Shown: positions 34,801 to 40,721, counted from the first letter of the stretch. The stretch is DNA of 64,000 nucleotides from Acutalibacteraceae bacterium (GCA_045541175.1 JAZQIP010000022.1:14129-78128), one strand, 5' to 3'. Program-made: numbers and translations. Notes: generated by a model from the letters alone, not told the origin.

Positions 34801-36190
34801 AAGAACTTGGCAGGATGATAGCAGGTTTACAAGGTCAGCGAGCAAAATCAAATCGGCACTTAATGATATGGTGCATATACCAGGAACCTCTTACGGTCTT
34901 GGGGATGGGGTTATGAAGTTTATAAAAACTCCTTCCAATATTGCCAGAGCGATTGGAAGTTTTTCGCCGGCAGGTTTTGTATCCGCCGGAGTGAACGCAA
35001 AAAAACTAAAGAATGCTATAGATAAAGATAAATTTACACCTCAACTACAAAAAGAATATGTAAGAAGTCTGAGCAATGCTATAACAGGAACTTTGATTTA
35101 TGTTCTTGTTGCGGTAGGAGCAGGTTTAGGAGTTGTAAAGTTATCAGGAGACGATGACGACGATAAGGATGCGTCGAATTATGAAAAGTACATTATGGGT
35201 ATTCCTCCGTATTCAATAGAATTTTTCGGAGTGAACATAACTTATGATTGGATGCAACCTTTCGGTTCGGTTTTGGCCATTGTTGCAGATTTTATGGAAA
35301 GTCAAGAAGAAAATCCTGACGGTGATGTAGCAAATGCAATATTAGAGGCTATAAAGGCAGGGGGAAAGGCATTTACAAAACAATCTTTTTTACAAAGCTT
35401 ATACGATGTGTTCTCGTCAGAGGATATAGTAGAAGCGTTAACATCTGTAGCTTTGGCAGAGCCGGCAGCGTTCGTTCCTCAACGTTGGTCTCAAATGGCA
35501 AGTTTTCTTGATGAGTACAGTAGGACATCTTATGATAATACAAATAGTTTTAAATCAGCCATAAATAAGGTTATTGCTAAAATCCCCGGACTGAGAACTA
35601 CGCTACCTAAAAGGGTTAATGTTTTAGGCGAAGATGTTAAAAACACACAGTATCTTGATGCTTGGGAGGCTTTTGCATCACCATGGAACACTTACCCTAA
35701 AAGTTCAAGCGAGGTTATAGGTGAAATTTATAGCCTTTATAAATCAACAGGGGAAAATTCAGTTATTCCAAGAACTGCACCGAATTATTTTACAGTTAAA
35801 GGAACTAAAGTTGCATTTACTCCGGAAGAAAAGGCGGAGTTCCAACGTAATATTGGAAAGCGTAGCGCTGAAATGTTGGGACAACTTTTTGACAGTAAAG
35901 AATACACCAACCTTTCTGATGAAGAAAAGGTTACTGTAATAAGTAAAATATATCAATTTGCCTATGATAAAGCAAAATCGGAGCGCAAATATGATTATGA
36001 CACCTTGTCGGCTATGGTCGGCGAAAAGAAAAACGGTGACCCGATACTTACAAAGTCTGTTTACGGTAGGTTATCAGAAGAGGATAAAGAGGAACTCGCA
36101 CAGGAATATTTCTTGTCTAAAACAGAAATGAGGTATATAAACAATTATGATAGGTTGATACAGTATTACATTAAGCAGGCTAAGGAATAA
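28817..36190 (+). CDS. Giant (2457 aa) multi-domain polyvalent-type virion protein with two zincin HExxH motifs, an ART-PolyVal-like domain and a C-terminal TM segment
   Basis: HELTH at nt 31226-31240. HEVQH at 32402-32416, followed by NTAGEIEAKQTENR. LYHQTNADFTEF (His at 32798) ... YIVFNSNQLKDAAPVTYDDAGNVIPLSARFDTEQGDIRYS. A KKHSEMSVDTIKQIPQAIQNPILILKS segment. TM helix ITGTLIYVLVAVGAGLGVV. N-terminal duplicated LFQPGQVLG(A/E)VS. Confidence 0.85.
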   Translation: MDNKSILFQPGQVLGAVSSTNTTVKQSSLFQPGQVLGEVSAEEQLKSQLNSKIVQPMELVKNPTSANKKLADAVNLKTTIPSASYDEGVVKELKLKNEMDVAEKEYKNAQDTFNINPVMKQLESLGVNHKNVGPYETAYENKKKEYKTYEKARYYAAMPNGEVKTTNPENKRYFSLDSSIDWEYEYINDIGGIRNTIQAQSVRSGGGNAYELYDYMTEREVGIYNYIYAENGKKQAKEFLDFIEDDLETRLSTKNAKSAQKFADEHPYVAAALSIPANVFAAGEQVSNILEYTFTGDLNRNNMADTANVYRSYLPEKVNWEIGNWDAFDFVYNTTMSGIDSFVVAPAGTVGAVALGLSAAASTTNDILDRGGNNVQAFWGGIAAGTFEGFFEKFSLSQLDSMQEGMVKGFKDFAKNVGKSMLVNASEETATEIANILYDYVANGGISQYALLVKEYTDNGDDEKTAKKKAAQKLGLQILEAGASGALMGLGFASVGSASAYRNYKKDTSFAKQVDEVINGTHNPRYDLYVSETPKIFTDLGFTDSPLLMRNGKVNEILKKHSEMSVDTIKQIPQAIQNPILILKSKTNPTQSVVAITDVITEKGNMIVPVWINQEGNYIDVDFGIDVVTDTNFVASAYGRNVKSLLEYANENNGFLYQSQNIEKVRQLIARNGLQLPTPLKLSDSDINISQNDNDVNNIISTEPSNNSQNPDSGAGDVARVIGDRVSILRNNTDRRHTTLKEQQYIQKICDALGVEVVFEDMAEYMKANGFDTSSGIIEGYIDKSNVIHIGWTVRNPVQFVLKHELTHFLENNKAKYNDFANSIMDNELFKEWVKSKGYASTSEYNATIVQHYSQLDKKFGEHEANLEMVANFVGENLFGNENELKRLLESLNPNQRSKFVQFIHDFLAFLKEKLGGQAEVSAEIKVLENNFIKLLKEVSSEQKNTAENSGEYVYSFSAERQRESDTPRTLHAVVNERENPNANVELSNSRVAQKSPTVKNNSMQESENYSSNNDKFSFAPVDDKSLVAKAEDMESNNASRKEIWQKLGIIRDASGEWIYEISDDEMKFSPLGKVKYLESPEYKEYLELRKLKRRTKEKTKRFFDLGMKYGTGALPHGKLKDFLIHDKLFEKYPNLKETNFEFGMLGKGTFGNYNPDTNTITLNADFLEESTANDKSERDFEDFANELKMKQTLMHEVQHAMQEYDNRERGSNELYWQHRAMMGDIPLSSNSKPLTPRKAYENTAGEIEAKQTENRTFLNEESRRDKMPNLGWDKAVFTSKSYQLANKSSEAIDAEYSSAVEKGDTRAIQNMVDNAAMSSGYTERLYHQTNADFTEFNTENQKAGKYDTELPTGTFLKPSDEDIGLSGKKQMELYAQIKKPLQFKDRDDARQFWSENIDGYAEAIKVVSDIDSEYRQKYSEAEGDVRRYMINWRHSNPDASRQDIYSDTEFQRLLGRQQQVLEEWENKSNEASLEAKRLIDDFIAKNDYDGVIIENDQDGDNISTKSYIVFNSNQLKDAAPVTYDDAGNVIPLSARFDTEQGDIRYSFTEYTSAESLLEQYENGKITRQEYLDMIKKEKPLNPVEIANLKEEDANTTPTLKKRNGTNVGDKQSETYESLLGSSIFDERFKEEIADDTFIKNYQSITNKETLAKAAKELDEGGLSYVLKWNNTDPEHASLIDIAVGFILMDRYQRVGDYESAASVAEKVRMFGTSSGQQVQIFSILGRLDPNSMQAYAQQTLDKAFEKLADIKTKQWIDKNQSKFKLTEEDIEFIRRHTLQAALFDDNTRPKAIALGKICARIQDKIPPEAGQSIRALQRSNMLLNLKTILRNINGNAGMTPLFIASDFFGTLIDKGLSKKTEIRTTGIYGHPFTKNGRERLAKNMESFGKGVYESWDDFKRGIRTKQEDLNRFELNSSSGKNFNEHHTGKLAKQFDAISKFLNKMDNFTSFCLEVGDRPFFEMWMTNSLNNQLRLNKLEIPTPEMLEVAKQEALQRTWQDDSRFTRSASKIKSALNDMVHIPGTSYGLGDGVMKFIKTPSNIARAIGSFSPAGFVSAGVNAKKLKNAIDKDKFTPQLQKEYVRSLSNAITGTLIYVLVAVGAGLGVVKLSGDDDDDKDASNYEKYIMGIPPYSIEFFGVNITYDWMQPFGSVLAIVADFMESQEENPDGDVANAILEAIKAGGKAFTKQSFLQSLYDVFSSEDIVEALTSVALAEPAAFVPQRWSQMASFLDEYSRTSYDNTNSFKSAINKVIAKIPGLRTTLPKRVNVLGEDVKNTQYLDAWEAFASPWNTYPKSSSEVIGEIYSLYKSTGENSVIPRTAPNYFTVKGTKVAFTPEEKAEFQRNIGKRSAEMLGQLFDSKEYTNLSDEEKVTVISKIYQFAYDKAKSERKYDYDTLSAMVGEKKNGDPILTKSVYGRLSEEDKEELAQEYFLSKTEMRYINNYDRLIQYYIKQAKE

Positions 36191-36222
36191 AAAAAGAAAA
36201 GGGACCGCGTTATTGCGGTCCC
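36191..36222 (-). terminator. Intrinsic terminator for the minus-strand 158-aa gene; the hairpin also closes the late operon
   Basis: GGGACCGC (36201-36208), loop GTTATT, GCGGTCCC (36215-22). The U-run exists only on the minus strand (plus-strand AAAAAAGAAAA at 36190-36200). The hairpin overlaps the last codons of 36210-36686. Confidence 0.65.
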
Positions 36223-36686
36223 AAAAATGTTAATATTAATGCTATTAATAAAATAATAATATGAGGTATGAGTGATTTAAAATGGAATGCATTGTCCTTT
36301 TTATAAAAACCATAACCAAACATCTTATCTAATTTTTCGAGTATAAATAAATCAAAAATTACATATAAAAGCGAAAAAACACAAAAACAAGCGTAAAATG
36401 TGGCAAACCAAAGAAGGAATCTCTCAAAGAAAGATAAACCAATAAATCCGTTTTTTAGCTCATAACTGTTTATTGATGTAAAAAAAGCTATTATGTATGC
36501 TGTTATTCCGCCTGGCCATGCTGGAAGTCTGCGAACACTTAATTCGTTTTTATCGTTTATTATATTACGCTTTTCAAGTTCCTTGAGATTTTCTTTGAGC
36601 AATCTGTTTTCTTCACGCAGATAGTCTAATTCATTCATATTTTTTTTAGCAAAATTACTCCATTGATTAACATCCCTCATAAACAA
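36210..36686 (-). CDS. Multi-pass membrane protein with an N-terminal cytoplasmic coiled coil (158 aa), unknown function
   Basis: RBS GGAGGGG. NELDYLREENRLLKENLKELEKRN, then 3-4 hydrophobic helices (GGITAYIIAFFTSI, FLLWFATFYACFCVFSLLYVIFDLFIL, IPHIIILLIALILTFLG). Own promoter-like TTTACA, 17 nt, TATTTT upstream. Confidence 0.6.
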   Translation of the reverse strand: MFMRDVNQWSNFAKKNMNELDYLREENRLLKENLKELEKRNIINDKNELSVRRLPAWPGGITAYIIAFFTSINSYELKNGFIGLSFFERFLLWFATFYACFCVFSLLYVIFDLFILEKLDKMFGYGFYKKDNAFHFKSLIPHIIILLIALILTFLGPQ

Positions 36687-36730
36687 CCCCTCCTATACCA
36701 CTTAAAATATCACATCTTCCAAAATTTGTA

Positions 36731-36767
36731 AAGGAAAATAAAGAAAGCCACCCAAATAGGATGGCTT
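36731..36767 (-). terminator. Intrinsic terminator after the 359-aa gene
   Basis: On the minus strand AAGCCATCC, loop TATTT, GGGTGGCTT (one mismatch), followed by TCTTTATTTTCC. Confidence 0.55.
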
Positions 36768-36876
36768 CTATTTGACAATCTGTTATTTTAGACGAAAGGC
36801 TATGCCCACTGGTCCTCCATTAATAATTTACGCATAATAAACACTCCTTTCTGTATTCATTATATAACATTAGTAA

Positions 36877-37956
36877 TTATTTTGCAACATTTTTTTCTAA
36901 ATATACGCAAACGCCATCTAGAGGGAAAATCCAATCATCAAACTTTATAGATACTCGTTTTCTATCGTCTGTGTGATTAGGAGAACTTTTTGCATCATCA
37001 ATGAAACCAAATGCTACAGGATTTATAGCATAATTATCATTTCTTACAACAAAGTTAAAATCGAAATTTTTGCATGGATAAGGCATTCTACAAGAATAAA
37101 CCATATCGTTAAGCGGACATCTGGTTATATATTCCATTTCAATTTTAATAGATTTTTTACTCGAAAAATTTAATGATTTATCCAGCAAAAACTTAATATT
37201 ATCAATATATCCTCTTTTTTTATCTAATGGGTCTGGTGATTCAGAATTGTTTTGCTTTATGCGTTTTGAATCGACGGCTTCACCATTAATTGTCAACTTT
37301 TTTATTTCAGCAGGGATATAATCCGAGGATTTTGGGGTTGTCAATGCAAGTAATATATAGTTATCAATATTAATCGATTTGCAAAGAGATTTTATTTCAA
37401 CACATTTTACAATGGTTTTTTCAATAAATTGCTCATTAATATCGCAAATAATATTCAAGTAATATTTTTCATAAAAAAGATCATGCCCAAAAAGAGGTTT
37501 ATTTAATTTGTTTTTAACCGCTACATACATTTCACTTTTTTCACGACATTTGTTGAATTCAAGCTGAGTTTCCAATGCTGTTAATACTTTCAACTTTTCT
37601 TCATCATCTAAAATTTTCAAAAAATTGTCACTTGTTAAAAAATCATCAACAAAAATTTGTTCAACGATTTTATTTGAGTTTCTTTTTTCAATTAAAATAG
37701 AAGAAAGTAAAGCACTTCCTGCTACTGAAAAAAAGACCAATATAATTTCTGAATAAGTTTGCATATTATTATGCTTTTTTGTTAGTTCTGTTACGGTTTC
37801 TGAATTATTATCTAAATTAGAAACCTGGAAGCTTAGTTCTGAAGTTCTTAAAGTGGCATATGAGTAAATAACTCCAAGGACAATAGTAAGTAATATTAGT
37901 GGTATTATAGCACCTTTTTTAAAAAAGAATTTTTGCAATATTTTCTTATTTTTCAT
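36877..37956 (-). CDS. 2-TM membrane protein with a ~260-aa C-terminal soluble domain (359 aa), unknown function
   Basis: Start MKNKKIL at 37956 after GGAGGAGAG. TM1 AIIPLILLTIVLGVIYSY and TM2 IILVFFSVAGSALLSSILI. The remainder is mixed alpha/beta with no motif I recognise. Extremely AT-rich. Confidence 0.65.
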   Translation of the reverse strand: MKNKKILQKFFFKKGAIIPLILLTIVLGVIYSYATLRTSELSFQVSNLDNNSETVTELTKKHNNMQTYSEIILVFFSVAGSALLSSILIEKRNSNKIVEQIFVDDFLTSDNFLKILDDEEKLKVLTALETQLEFNKCREKSEMYVAVKNKLNKPLFGHDLFYEKYYLNIICDINEQFIEKTIVKCVEIKSLCKSINIDNYILLALTTPKSSDYIPAEIKKLTINGEAVDSKRIKQNNSESPDPLDKKRGYIDNIKFLLDKSLNFSSKKSIKIEMEYITRCPLNDMVYSCRMPYPCKNFDFNFVVRNDNYAINPVAFGFIDDAKSSPNHTDDRKRVSIKFDDWIFPLDGVCVYLEKNVAK

Positions 37957-38097
37957 CTTCTCTCCTCCAAAACTATTATACAATAGTCTGGACAAATTGC
38001 AACATTATTTTACCAAATGATGGTATTTTTTTAAATAGTCATTCACCGACAAATGTACATATTATAATGATGTAATCAAGAGATTTTTTGATTTATA

Positions 38098-38358
38098 TTA
38101 CTTTAATTCCCCGTCAAACAATCTCCCGGACATTTCTTGCCAACTTATAAGTTCTAGGGGGTTCACATTTAAAGCTTCAGCGAAGATATTTATTTTTGAA
38201 TATGGAGGGTGATTAATTCCTGATTCTATTTTGCTAATGGTTGAACCGTACTTATAACCGAGTTTTTTAGCAAGCTCCTGTTGAGTCATTCCTAATTCGA
38301 TTCTTCTGCGTTTTATAGCCTCGCGAAATAGCTCGATATTTTCGTGTAGTATTTCCAT
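38098..38358 (-). CDS. XRE-family HTH regulator (86 aa)
   Basis: RRRIELGMTQQELAKKLGYKYGSTISKIESGINHP is a canonical XRE HTH. RBS GAGGTG. Confidence 0.85.
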   Translation of the reverse strand: MEILHENIELFREAIKRRRIELGMTQQELAKKLGYKYGSTISKIESGINHPPYSKINIFAEALNVNPLELISWQEMSGRLFDGELK

Positions 38359-38387
38359 ATTTTACACCTCGACTAATAACTATATTG

Positions 38388-38431
38388 CGTGTGAATTTTC
38401 GTGTGAATTTTTTATAATTTCGTGTGAATTT
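38388..38431. repeat. Three direct copies of CGTGTGAATTT overlapping the promoter of the XRE gene
   Basis: Copies at 38388-38398, 38400-38410 and 38421-38431, with start-to-start spacing of 12 and 21 bp. On the minus strand, the TTCACA of copy 2 lies 17 nt upstream of TATAGT. Confidence 0.8.
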
Positions 38432-38481
38432 ATGTGTTTTTTTAAGAGAAAATTTAAATAAAATGAAACTCTAAAAACGGC

Positions 38482-38517
38482 TTAAATAAAGGGAAAAGAC
38501 CGCATTTAAGCGGTCTT
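38482..38517 (-). terminator. Intrinsic terminator of ssrA
   Basis: AAGACCGC (38496-38503), loop ATTTAA, GCGGTCTT (38510-17). On the minus strand it is followed by TTCCCTTTATTT. Confidence 0.7.
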
Positions 38518-38522
38518 GAAAA

Positions 38523-38870
38523 TGGTGGAGATGGCGGGAATCGAACCCGCGTCCGAAAATCTATCCGTACCGGCGTCTCCGAGCGCAGACACCTGTTTAA
38601 ATTCCCTTATACCGCCGTCAAGTGTCCGACTGCGATATTCGGTAGCTCCCAATGCGTGACAGCCGCAGGAGCAAGCAACTGTTCACGTTCACCACTAAAA
38701 TGACACCCGAGCCTGAGCCGTGGTACTCTCAGGTCAGATGAGCCGCCTTAATTAGGCAGCTAAAGCAACTTTATTGTTGTTAGTTAATTTTTTATGCGGC
38801 TTTTAAAGCGGTTCCGCACCGCTGCTCGCTTCCGGTATTTCAAAATCCCCGTCGAAACCTTTACATCCCC
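38523..38870 (-). ncRNA. ssrA: tmRNA (SsrA), 348 nt
   Basis: 5' GGGGATGTAAAGGTTTCGACGGGG and 3' GGACGCGGGTTCGATTCCCGCCATCTCCACCA. The acceptor stem has the G3-U pair required for Ala charging. The tag reading frame ends ...AAC AAC AAT AAA GTT GCT TTA GCT GCC TAA (..NNNKVALAA). smpB is adjacent. Confidence 0.95.
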
Positions 38871-38910
38871 ATATTATTAAAGTAATAGGTAAAAGTGAAT
38901 AGTGAAGAGG

Positions 38911-39369
38911 TTATCTATTTTGTTCTTTCATTGCTCTTTCAATTGCTCTGTCAGCATCTCGCTTTGCGGCGGTATCACGCTTATCGTGAAGCTTTTTACC
39001 CTTGCAAAGCCCAAGCTGAACTTTAACAAGCGAGCCCTTGAAATAAACAGAGAGCGGAACAAGTGCCAAGCCTTCCTGCTTAACAGCACCGAAAAGACGC
39101 ATTATTTCACGTTTGTGCATTAACAGTCTTCTATTACGGGCAGGGGGCTTATTAAAAATATTCCCATGCTCATAAGGGCTTATGTGCATTTGCTTTATTA
39201 TCATTTCGCCCTCATCAACACTGCACCAGGCATCTTTAAGATTAACTCCGCCTTGACGGATGGATTTAACCTCTGTTCCTGAAAGCTCGATTCCTGCTTC
39301 AAAGCTCTCAAGCACAAAATATTCGTGATACGCTTTTTTATTAGTTGCAATAGTTTTAGTATTCTCCAC
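38911..39369 (-). CDS. smpB: SsrA-binding protein SmpB
   Basis: NKKAYHEYFVLESFEAGIELSGTEVKSIR...LLMHKREI...GLALVPLSVYFKGSLVKVQLGLCKGKKLHDKR. Confidence 0.95.
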   Translation of the reverse strand: MENTKTIATNKKAYHEYFVLESFEAGIELSGTEVKSIRQGGVNLKDAWCSVDEGEMIIKQMHISPYEHGNIFNKPPARNRRLLMHKREIMRLFGAVKQEGLALVPLSVYFKGSLVKVQLGLCKGKKLHDKRDTAAKRDADRAIERAMKEQNR

Positions 39370-39418
39370 AGGAATCCCTCCTTTTTTAACATAGCCTCAT
39401 TGATGATATCAGGCTGCC

Positions 39419-39463
39419 TTAGTGCTGCCAATATTAGTGCTGCTAATGTTAGTGCTGCCAATG
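39419..39463. repeat. 15-bp tandem repeat x3 upstream of smpB
   Basis: TTAGTGCTGCCAATA / TTAGTGCTGCTAATG / TTAGTGCTGCCAATG, head to tail. Intergenic between ferredoxin and smpB. Confidence 0.9.
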
Positions 39464-39511
39464 ATTGATTATAACATATACTTTTTTACTATTCAAGAAA
39501 AGTATGTCGAA

Positions 39512-39544
39512 AAGAAAAATCACACGCCCGCAGCTGTGCGGGCG
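39512..39544 (-). terminator. Intrinsic terminator after the ferredoxin gene
   Basis: CGCCCGCA (39525-32), loop GCTG, TGCGGGCG (39537-44). On the minus strand it is followed by TGTGATTTTTCTTTT. Confidence 0.75.
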
Positions 39545-39572
39545 TTTTAATCCTATTTTACTATGTTCAGAA

Positions 39573-39740
39573 TTATTCAGAAATAGCCTCTACAGGACAA
39601 CCGGCAGCACAAGCACCGCAGTCAATGCACTTGTCAGCGTCGATTACGTACTGGGTATCACCCTCAACGATAGCCTCGCAGGGACAGCCTGCAGCACAAG
39701 CACCGCAACTGATACAAGCATCAGAAATTTTGTAAGCCAT
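39573..39740 (-). CDS. fdx: 2x[4Fe-4S] clostridial-type ferredoxin (55 aa)
   Basis: Hand translation gives MAYKISDACISCGACAAGCPCEAIVEGDTQYVIDADKCIDCGACAAGCPVEAISE, with two CxxCxxCxxxCP motifs. Below the ORF-track cut-off. Confidence 0.92.
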   Translation of the reverse strand: MAYKISDACISCGACAAGCPCEAIVEGDTQYVIDADKCIDCGACAAGCPVEAISE

Positions 39741-39857
39741 TAAAAACACCTCCGTACTTTAAGCAAACAGGTAAAAACCCGTCTAAAATACATTTTAACA
39801 ACTATTACGACAAAAAGCAAGTAAAATATTATTTTATATTTTTGTCTAGTTATACTA

Positions 39858-40709
39858 TTATTTATTATCCTCGGGAAGGGCGGCACCCTTATTCTTCTTT
39901 GAGCGCGAAATTATTTTAACATCATCGCGGTGAATTTTAAAGGGAATAGAGTCGCTGTCATTAAATTTAACCAAAAGATTTCCTGTAATTAAATTCACAT
40001 CAACGACAGTAGCAATACCGTCTCTTGTCTTAACTGTAGCACCGACACCGGGGGTGAGAGAATTAAGGTACTCATAAGAATCTTGCTCATATTTAAGGCA
40101 GCACATAAGTCTTCCGCAGCTGCCCGAAACCTTTGTAGGATTAAGAGAAAGGCCCTGTTCCTTTGCCATTTTAATCGAAACAGTCTGGAAATCGTTAAGA
40201 AAACGCTTACAGCAATAGGGCTGACCGCATATTCCTATGCCGCCGAGCATTTTTGCCTCATCTCTCACACCGATTTGCCTGAGCTCGATTCTGGTATGAA
40301 AATGAGCGGCAAGGTCCTTTACGAGCTCTCTGAAATCTACTCTGCCGTCAGCGGTGAAGAAGAATACGATTCTGCCACCGTCAAAGGAATATTCAACATC
40401 AACAAGCTTCATTTCAAGCTTATGACGAAGCACCATTTCTTCGCAAACCTTGAGAGCATCAGCTTCCTTTTGCTTGTTTTCCTCTATTTTCTTGAAATCC
40501 TTATCATTAGCTACTCTTACCATTTTGCGAAGAGGCGGTACTATGCAGTCGTCCTCTACAGAATGGTTGCCCTCGCTGATAACACCCATTTCGCGGCCGG
40601 TTTGCATTTCAACTATTACCTTTTGACCTACTGAGACCTGATGTCCAGCGGGGTCGAAAAAGTACGCCTTTCCGCCTTCCTTGAATTTTACGGATATAAC
40701 CTCTGTCAT
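39858..40709 (-). CDS. yaaT: PSP1-domain protein YaaT/RicT
   Basis: MTEVISVKFKEGGKAYFFDP...MLGGIGICGQPYCCKRFL...SGSCGRLMCCLKYE. It follows holB, as in Bacillus. Confidence 0.9.
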   Translation of the reverse strand: MTEVISVKFKEGGKAYFFDPAGHQVSVGQKVIVEMQTGREMGVISEGNHSVEDDCIVPPLRKMVRVANDKDFKKIEENKQKEADALKVCEEMVLRHKLEMKLVDVEYSFDGGRIVFFFTADGRVDFRELVKDLAAHFHTRIELRQIGVRDEAKMLGGIGICGQPYCCKRFLNDFQTVSIKMAKEQGLSLNPTKVSGSCGRLMCCLKYEQDSYEYLNSLTPGVGATVKTRDGIATVVDVNLITGNLLVKFNDSDSIPFKIHRDDVKIISRSKKNKGAALPEDNK

Positions 40710-40721
40710 AAAGACCTCCAA

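Larger units (their letters stand above)
1..38522. mobile_element. Integrated temperate phage (prophage). The left end runs off the window. Core modules lie at 1-36190, an AT-rich accessory cassette at 36210-38431, and the right side abuts the 3' end of ssrA.
   Basis: Contiguous integrase, S24 repressor/Cro switch, recombination-replication genes, terminase, capsid, portal, lysis genes and giant virion protein. It is followed directly by tmRNA-smpB and housekeeping genes. The exact right att boundary is not determinable because the left att lies outside the window. Confidence 0.85.

Noticed and set aside
28817-36190. Calling the 2457-aa ORF a tape measure protein
   Set aside because: No tail tube, sheath or frameshifted chaperone genes accompany it. 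It also contains several enzyme-like modules (two HExxH motifs and an ART-like domain) rather than the uniform helical repeat of TMPs. A combined ejection role cannot be excluded.
36196-38524. Similar hairpins GACCGC-N6-GCGGTC followed by AAAATG at 36203-36229 and 38498-38524, considered as possible att core duplication flanking the AT-rich cassette
   Set aside because: Identity is limited to the two 6-nt stem arms and a 6-nt flank. The loops and other flanks differ, so there is no contiguous core of the length expected for att sites. Both are adequately explained as independent minus-strand terminators. Worth rechecking only if the left att is sequenced.
39419-39463. CRISPR array
   Set aside because: There are only three directly abutting 15-bp units with no spacers, and no cas genes are in the window.
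39201-39743. ORFs 39201-39461 (minus) and 39465-39743 (plus)
   Set aside because: The first overlaps the 5' part of smpB in another frame and reads out through the 15-bp tandem repeat. The second is the antisense reading of the 55-aa ferredoxin gene, which has unmistakable 2x CxxCxxCxxxCP motifs.
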